From positions 17,743 through 81,742 of the forward strand of contig CAZBLW010000001.1 in NCBI GenBank assembly GCA_964493305.1: 64,000 bases of DNA, written 5' to 3'. Within the stretch, counting starts at the first letter, position 1, and each line of letters starts with the position of its first letter. Under the pieces are notes generated by a model. That model did no database searches. It was given only the letters and a program-made list of their open reading frames with translations, and was not told the DNA's origin. Below, piece after piece: positions 61,994-64,000 of this stretch. Source of the DNA: an uncultured Gammaproteobacteria bacterium (GTDB lineage: Bacteria > Patescibacteriota > Patescibacteriia > S139-126). The position numbers and the translations under genes were made by a program.

Positions 61994-64000
61994 ATGTTAA
62001 ATTTAAAAAATATTGAAATAAAAAAGAATTATGATTCAGATAAGGACGATCTTCTTAAAGATTTTTTTATTCCTGTATTATCAACAGCCGTACTCTACAG
62101 AAGACTTGCGGGATTTTTTTCTTCAGGTATATTTTCCGCAGCTTCTAGGGGCATTAAAGAGCTAATTGATAATAATGGTAAAATGCAGTTGATTATAGGC
62201 GTTCAAGTTAATGAAGAAGACTATTTGATGTTAAAAAAAATAGTTAAAGAATCAAAAGAATTGCCTGAGAAGTACATAACAAATAAAATTGATAATTTAG
62301 AGGAATTTTTAAAAAGTGAACATGTTGAAGCTATGGGATGGATGATTTTAAATAATTTATTAGATATAAAATTTGCAGTTACTAACCGTGGTGGTATTTT
62401 TCATATGAAGGTAGGAATAGTTACTGATAAAAATGGTGATAGTTTATCATTTAGTGGTAGTGATAATGAAACTCCTTCTGGTTGGAAGCATAATGTTGAG
62501 GAGTTTAAAGTGTTTCGTAAATGGATAGATTCAGAAGCTGACTATTTTAATGCCGATGAAGAAAAGTTTAATCGTTTTTGGAATGATAAAGGTAATAATG
62601 TAACTATTTTTGAATTACCAAAAGCAATAAAGGAAAAAATTGTTAAAAGTGTACCAAAAGAACAAAGTGATTTAAAAATATTTAAAAATGAAAATAATTT
62701 AGATAGTAATATATATTTAAATACTCCTGTTGAAATTAAATTAAGACCTCACCAAAAGGAAGCAATAAAAAAATGGGAAAATAATAGTTATAAAGGAATA
62801 TTAGCCATGGCTACTGGTTCAGGAAAAACAAAATCAGCATTATATGCAGTTAAAAATTTATTAAATAATGACAAATCTCTATGTGTAATTATTGCTGTTC
62901 CATTTGGTCATTTAATAAATCAATGGATAACTAATGATATTAGACTTCAATTTCCAGATATTTCTATTATTGAAGCGAGTTCAGAAAATACTAAATGGCG
63001 AAGTCAATTAAAATTGATGTTAGAAGGATATTCAAAAAATATTACAAAAGTTTTTTTTATTGTAACTACATATGCAACCTTATCGTCAGATGATTTTATT
63101 AATATTTTTCTACATAAATATAATAATAACCTAAATTATTTTTTAATTGCTGATGAAGTCCATAATCTTGGAGCAAAAGAAACTCAACGAGCAATGTTAG
63201 TAGAGTATAACTATAGAATGGGATTAACCGCTACACCTAAACGACACTTTGATGATCTAGGAACGGATAAAATAATTAAATATTTTAATAAGATTGTGTA
63301 TGAGTATGAATTAAAAGACGCAATAAGAGATGGTTATCTCGTAAAGTATAAATATTATCCTATTATTATTGAGATGACAGATGAAGAATATGATGAGTAT
63401 AATAATATATCACAAAAGATAAGTAAGCGGGCGGCTATATTAAATTTACGAAAATCAGATATATTAATAAATAATGATTTAAGTTTACAAATTTTATTAC
63501 AAAAAAGAAGTAAAATAATAAAGGAGTCATCTGCAAAAATTCCAATATTAGATAAGACTTTAAAAGAAATGAAAAAAAAGGGATCAATCGATCATTTGTT
63601 AATTTATTGTGATAATATTAAACAATTAGAAAAAGTACAAGTAATACTATATAATGAAGGTATAATTAGTCATCAGTTTACGAAAGAGGAAAGTCTAAAA
63701 GAAAGAAGAAATATACTTGATCATTTTATACAAGGTAATTATAAGTGTTTGGTAGCTATTAAATGTCTTGATGAAGGTGTTGACGTACCTTCTATAAAAA
63801 CAGCAATTATTATAGCTAGTACAACCAATCCTCGGGAGTATATACAAAGAAGAGGGAGAGTATTAAGAAAAGAGCAAAATAAAGAAAATGCCATAATATA
63901 CGATTTTATAGTAATACCTAAGCTTGCAAGAAGTAGTGAAATAGATCAATATGAAAAACAGATATTACGAAAAGAATTAACTAGAGTATTAGATTTTATA
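61994..64000 (+). CDS. PLD-family (HKD) nuclease domain fused to an SF2 DEAH/ResIII-type helicase; partial, continues beyond window end
   Basis: Frame from the ATG at 61994 (MLNLKNIEIKK...). The ATG at 62031 is out of frame and hits a stop. HKD motif IFHMKVGIVTD. Helicase motif I AMATGSGKT, II IADEVHNL, III GLTATP, VI QRRGRVLR. Confidence 0.7.
   Translation, partial: MLNLKNIEIKKNYDSDKDDLLKDFFIPVLSTAVLYRRLAGFFSSGIFSAASRGIKELIDNNGKMQLIIGVQVNEEDYLMLKKIVKESKELPEKYITNKIDNLEEFLKSEHVEAMGWMILNNLLDIKFAVTNRGGIFHMKVGIVTDKNGDSLSFSGSDNETPSGWKHNVEEFKVFRKWIDSEADYFNADEEKFNRFWNDKGNNVTIFELPKAIKEKIVKSVPKEQSDLKIFKNENNLDSNIYLNTPVEIKLRPHQKEAIKKWENNSYKGILAMATGSGKTKSALYAVKNLLNNDKSLCVIIAVPFGHLINQWITNDIRLQFPDISIIEASSENTKWRSQLKLMLEGYSKNITKVFFIVTTYATLSSDDFINIFLHKYNNNLNYFLIADEVHNLGAKETQRAMLVEYNYRMGLTATPKRHFDDLGTDKIIKYFNKIVYEYELKDAIRDGYLVKYKYYPIIIEMTDEEYDEYNNISQKISKRAAILNLRKSDILINNDLSLQILLQKRSKIIKESSAKIPILDKTLKEMKKKGSIDHLLIYCDNIKQLEKVQVILYNEGIISHQFTKEESLKERRNILDHFIQGNYKCLVAIKCLDEGVDVPSIKTAIIIASTTNPREYIQRRGRVLRKEQNKENAIIYDFIVIPKLARSSEIDQYEKQILRKELTRVLDFI

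Noticed and set aside
62031-62200. The ATG at 62031 as the start of the last gene
   Set aside because: It is out of frame and hits a stop after 54 codons. The frame from the ATG at 61994 stays open to the window end and contains the HKD and helicase motifs.

Overview
This is a low-GC, gene-dense bacterial window with many short overlapping genes and CCA-encoded tRNAs. The overall content is consistent with a reduced-genome, Gram-positive-like or Patescibacteria/CPR-like organism, but that placement is only an inference. The backbone is housekeeping: a replication-origin neighbourhood (rpmH-rnpA-yidD-yidC on the minus strand opposite dnaA-dnaN), a class A PBP, tyrS, a tight minus-strand glycogen-type operon (two GlgA-like synthases, a GH57 enzyme, a GalT-like HIT transferase, and two unusual kinases), ruvC/yebC, tig, nfo, tsaD/tsaE, valS with a T-box leader, nusA, a membrane H+-pyrophosphatase, a Dpm1-like GT2 plus tandem GT-C membrane paralogs, galU, an SDR and msrBA. 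Ten tRNA genes were found by hand-folding: Ala-GGC, Ala-CGC, Arg-CCT, Leu-TAA, Gly-GCC, Glu-TTC and Ser-CGA, with intact cloverleaves for all. The most unusual signal recurs three times: tRNA genes flanked by partial copies of themselves together with strongly GC-rich nested-hairpin modules. Two of these instances carry a small YhbQ-type GIY-YIG nuclease gene between the module and the tRNA, which looks like a tRNA-associated cassette or integration scar. Other notable items are: a tandem array of six paralogous two-helix pilin-like membrane proteins with hypervariable or Cys-rich exposed parts; a radical-SAM/SPASM enzyme fused to a roughly 105-aa CxxC-repeat tail; an apparently orphan T-box riboswitch in front of a 64-codon ORF; and a terminal island containing a NYN-domain gene frameshifted in an A8 tract, an AbrB-like gene sharing a duplicated 52-nt leader, a PLD-nuclease/SF2-helicase fusion that runs off the window and a secreted double-Kazal protein. 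No rRNA, CRISPR array, transposase or integrase gene was seen.
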